Origin: Tubiluchus corallicola
Taxonomy: Eukaryota > Animalia > Priapulida
DNA: 64,000 bases
Direction of reading: 5' to 3'
Assembly: GCA_030141605.1 (NCBI GenBank)
Contig: JAQGDQ010000914.1
Coordinates: 1 to 64,000 of the forward strand
Shown here: positions 61,725 through 64,000 of the stretch, one piece after another
Numbering within the stretch: the stretch's first letter is position 1
Layout of the letters: every line of letters begins with the position of its first letter
Notes under the pieces: generated by a model
Seen by the model: the letters and a program-made list of their open reading frames with translations, nothing else
What the model was told of the DNA's origin: nothing
The model's database searches: none
Made by a program: the position numbers and the translations under genes

Positions 61725-64000
61725 TTACCTTCTATATCTGTACCGCTTGAAGTGAAACCACAACTGAAAAATGCCATTGTGAAACTGACAGCGGAAGCCG
61801 CGCTTGTAGGAGTACTCCCATTCTCGATTGACAACCTTAAATGCAATGTCTTCGTACGGCGGCCCTGCGCGAAATCTCAACATGGCAAAATCCTTGTTTT
61901 CCGGAAGAGGAGTCAGAAAATATTCGGGCGTTGAAGATTTGTCTATTATGTCCGGGTAGAAAATGTTGAATTTATACCCCTGTACGATTTTAGGTGGCGG
62001 GTTATCAAAATCGTAGTGGGTCTGGTTATATTTGTTCCACTCAAATCCGGTGTGAACGCGATTGAAGAAGCGCGGCTTTCTCGGCCGGTATTTATCCTGC
62101 CACAGGTAAGAGGTGTTGTCAAGCGGAACCTCGACACTGAATTGAGCCTCTTCGCCACTCATGCCTTTCCTGGCTTCTCGCTCAAAAGCGGCATCTTCTG
62201 CAGACATGACTCGACCTCTTTCGGAAATTTCCCGTCTCTTGAATTGCAACCTTTCCAAGTCTAACATGGCATCCATAATGACAGTGCCAAGATCTAGATC
62301 CTTTTCCTTAGTTAGTTTTGGGCTATATCTGCCGGCTTCGTATTCTTCGTAATAGTAATTATTAACAATATCTTCAGTTTCTTCTTTTCCTGAACTTTGA
62401 TCACCGTCTGCCTCTTCAGAAATCTTGATAAATTCGGCTGTGCTGTCTTCATCCCGTTCTTCTTTCACAGTAACATCCATAACACTGGGTACTTCAACCG
62501 GTTGTTCCTCCGAGCTAATAGTAATGTCACGTTCACCTCGCAATTCTTCTGCTTCTCGCTTTACTATGAGGTCAGCAATAGCTTCTGACTGCTTGAAAGA
62601 TTTCGCTGTGGCCTTTGGTGAATTTGTCACACTTCTGGGCAAACTTGGTCCAGGGGAGGGTTGACTAGTGCTGCCCTCCTGTGCTATTATTGGAAACAAT
62701 GGCATACTTTCCACACCTTGTTCTTGCTTTAGCTGGAATAATTTTTTCCGCAACAAATCCTGATGTCGATCGCGGAGTCGTGCTTTTGCCATGTACGCTT
62801 GCAACTGCTGTAGTAAAGACTCCCAATATCCTATATCAATACCTTCTTCTCCACTCCGGATTTTACTAATAATCTGCTGCTGTAGTATTGCGAGCTGATT
62901 TGATGTCTTTCCCCGGAATACTTTACTAATGTCTTGTCGAACAGCGTCATTAATGCCTTCCCGCCTGGTGCCCACATGTTCCTTATTCAGAGGATCAATT
63001 TTCCGTAACTTATTTAGTTCATCTTCTGTAACAATTGTCATGTCTTTCCAATAATCGAGATTGTGAGCATCATCTAAGTCCATATAAACTTTAATATCCT
63101 CCAAAAGATCTTCTAGATCGCCAATTGTTAATCCAGTGAGATAAGTGTACGGCTCGTTCATTTCAACTGCTTCAGTTTCTTCGTCCGCAGTTATGTATTT
63201 GGCAAGTAAGTCAATGGGCTTTGCTCTTCCATCTTGAATACGGATTTTTGATCTAAGTTTTGCTTGCTGTAGATGAAATTTCTCTTCTTGTTGAGACCAG
63301 CCGGCAAACTGTTCAGATTCCTTTGTCCGTTGTAATAACTGCAGTTCCTCTTCTCTCTGCAAGCGCTCGTGTTCTCTTTGTAAGCGAGCTTGCTTCACCT
63401 TTTCCAATTCCCTTCTATTTTCCTCTAGGTTTTTCATGTTCATTTTGGCAATCTCTTGATTTGTCAATTCTTGAAGACCCTCGTGCTCTAGTTTCTTTTT
63501 CCACACAAATGTATCAAGTAACGTCGCATCTCCAAATGGGTTATCGGTGTTGGTGTATCCGAGGTAGTCTTTGTCCCAGCCCATTTTCATACGTCGTTGT
63601 CGCTCTTTTGCTTCCTTTTTGGCTAGCCGCCTTGCTCGTTTTTCTTCTGGTGTTTCATTAAGCTTCATTAGTTCCTTTTGTTTTAGTTTCTCTTCTTTCG
63701 TAAGTGGTTTACTTTCCGGAATTCTACGCTCGCTTCCGTCGTCTAGTTCCTGTTCACTAGACGCCGAGTCACTATTATTCGATGACGTTTGTCGTTTAGT
63801 AGGTTTCTTTTCCTTGCGTCGTATTGACTCCGAACGCGACCGTGACCTCCTTTTCCTGTGGTTCATCTCTTGTTCACTAGACTCGTTACTGTCGGACGAA
63901 CTTCGTGGTCTCGCACGTTTGGTCTTTTTCTTGTGCTGCTTTGGCAGTGGACTATGTCTTGATCGTTTCTTACGATATTCTCGTGATCTTGATCGGCTCT
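61725..64000 (-). CDS. CACTIN: Cactin (spliceosome C complex / Cactus interactor); 5' end outside the window
   Basis: ETPEEKRARRLAKKE, GYTNTDNPFGD, FHLQQAKLRSKIRIQDGRAKPIDLLAKY, DKYRPRKPRFFNRVHTGFEWNKYNQTHYD and FQLWFHFKRYRYRR*. The frame is open upstream of 63866 to the window edge (RS-rich). Confidence 0.97.
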   Translation of the reverse strand, partial: SRSRSREYRKKRSRHSPLPKQHKKKTKRARPRSSSDSNESSEQEMNHRKRRSRSRSESIRRKEKKPTKRQTSSNNSDSASSEQELDDGSERRIPESKPLTKEEKLKQKELMKLNETPEEKRARRLAKKEAKERQRRMKMGWDKDYLGYTNTDNPFGDATLLDTFVWKKKLEHEGLQELTNQEIAKMNMKNLEENRRELEKVKQARLQREHERLQREEELQLLQRTKESEQFAGWSQQEEKFHLQQAKLRSKIRIQDGRAKPIDLLAKYITADEETEAVEMNEPYTYLTGLTIGDLEDLLEDIKVYMDLDDAHNLDYWKDMTIVTEDELNKLRKIDPLNKEHVGTRREGINDAVRQDISKVFRGKTSNQLAILQQQIISKIRSGEEGIDIGYWESLLQQLQAYMAKARLRDRHQDLLRKKLFQLKQEQGVESMPLFPIIAQEGSTSQPSPGPSLPRSVTNSPKATAKSFKQSEAIADLIVKREAEELRGERDITISSEEQPVEVPSVMDVTVKEERDEDSTAEFIKISEEADGDQSSGKEETEDIVNNYYYEEYEAGRYSPKLTKEKDLDLGTVIMDAMLDLERLQFKRREISERGRVMSAEDAAFEREARKGMSGEEAQFSVEVPLDNTSYLWQDKYRPRKPRFFNRVHTGFEWNKYNQTHYDFDNPPPKIVQGYKFNIFYPDIIDKSSTPEYFLTPLPENKDFAMLRFRAGPPYEDIAFKVVNREWEYSYKRGFRCQFHNGIFQLWFHFKRYRYRR

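Overview
AT-rich, intron-rich eukaryotic DNA, almost certainly from an invertebrate animal (species cannot be identified from the window). I built five protein-coding gene models by hand from GT-AG splice sites and phase consistency: (1) an aminergic, histamine H3/H4-like GPCR (minus, first exon not found); (2) a 3-exon POMK/SGK196-like secretory kinase (plus); (3) a 5-exon, 375-aa gene made only of two tandem STING cyclic-dinucleotide-binding domains with no TM or TIR domain (minus, 25255-28094); (4) an 18-exon NFXL1 zinc-finger gene (plus, 33704-57911); (5) cactin (minus, intronless over the visible 2.3 kb, runs off the window). The rest is minisatellites, LINE remnants, 5S- and tRNA-derived SINEs, solo LTRs with 5-bp TSDs, and hAT, Tc1/pogo and Kolobok-like MITEs. 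The headline candidate is the soluble single-chain STING-STING gene. Its two halves have lost different ligand-pocket residues, it has a TATA + kB + CRE promoter, and its stop codon overlaps the first bases of a 5S-SINE. All homology calls come from remembered motifs, not database searches.
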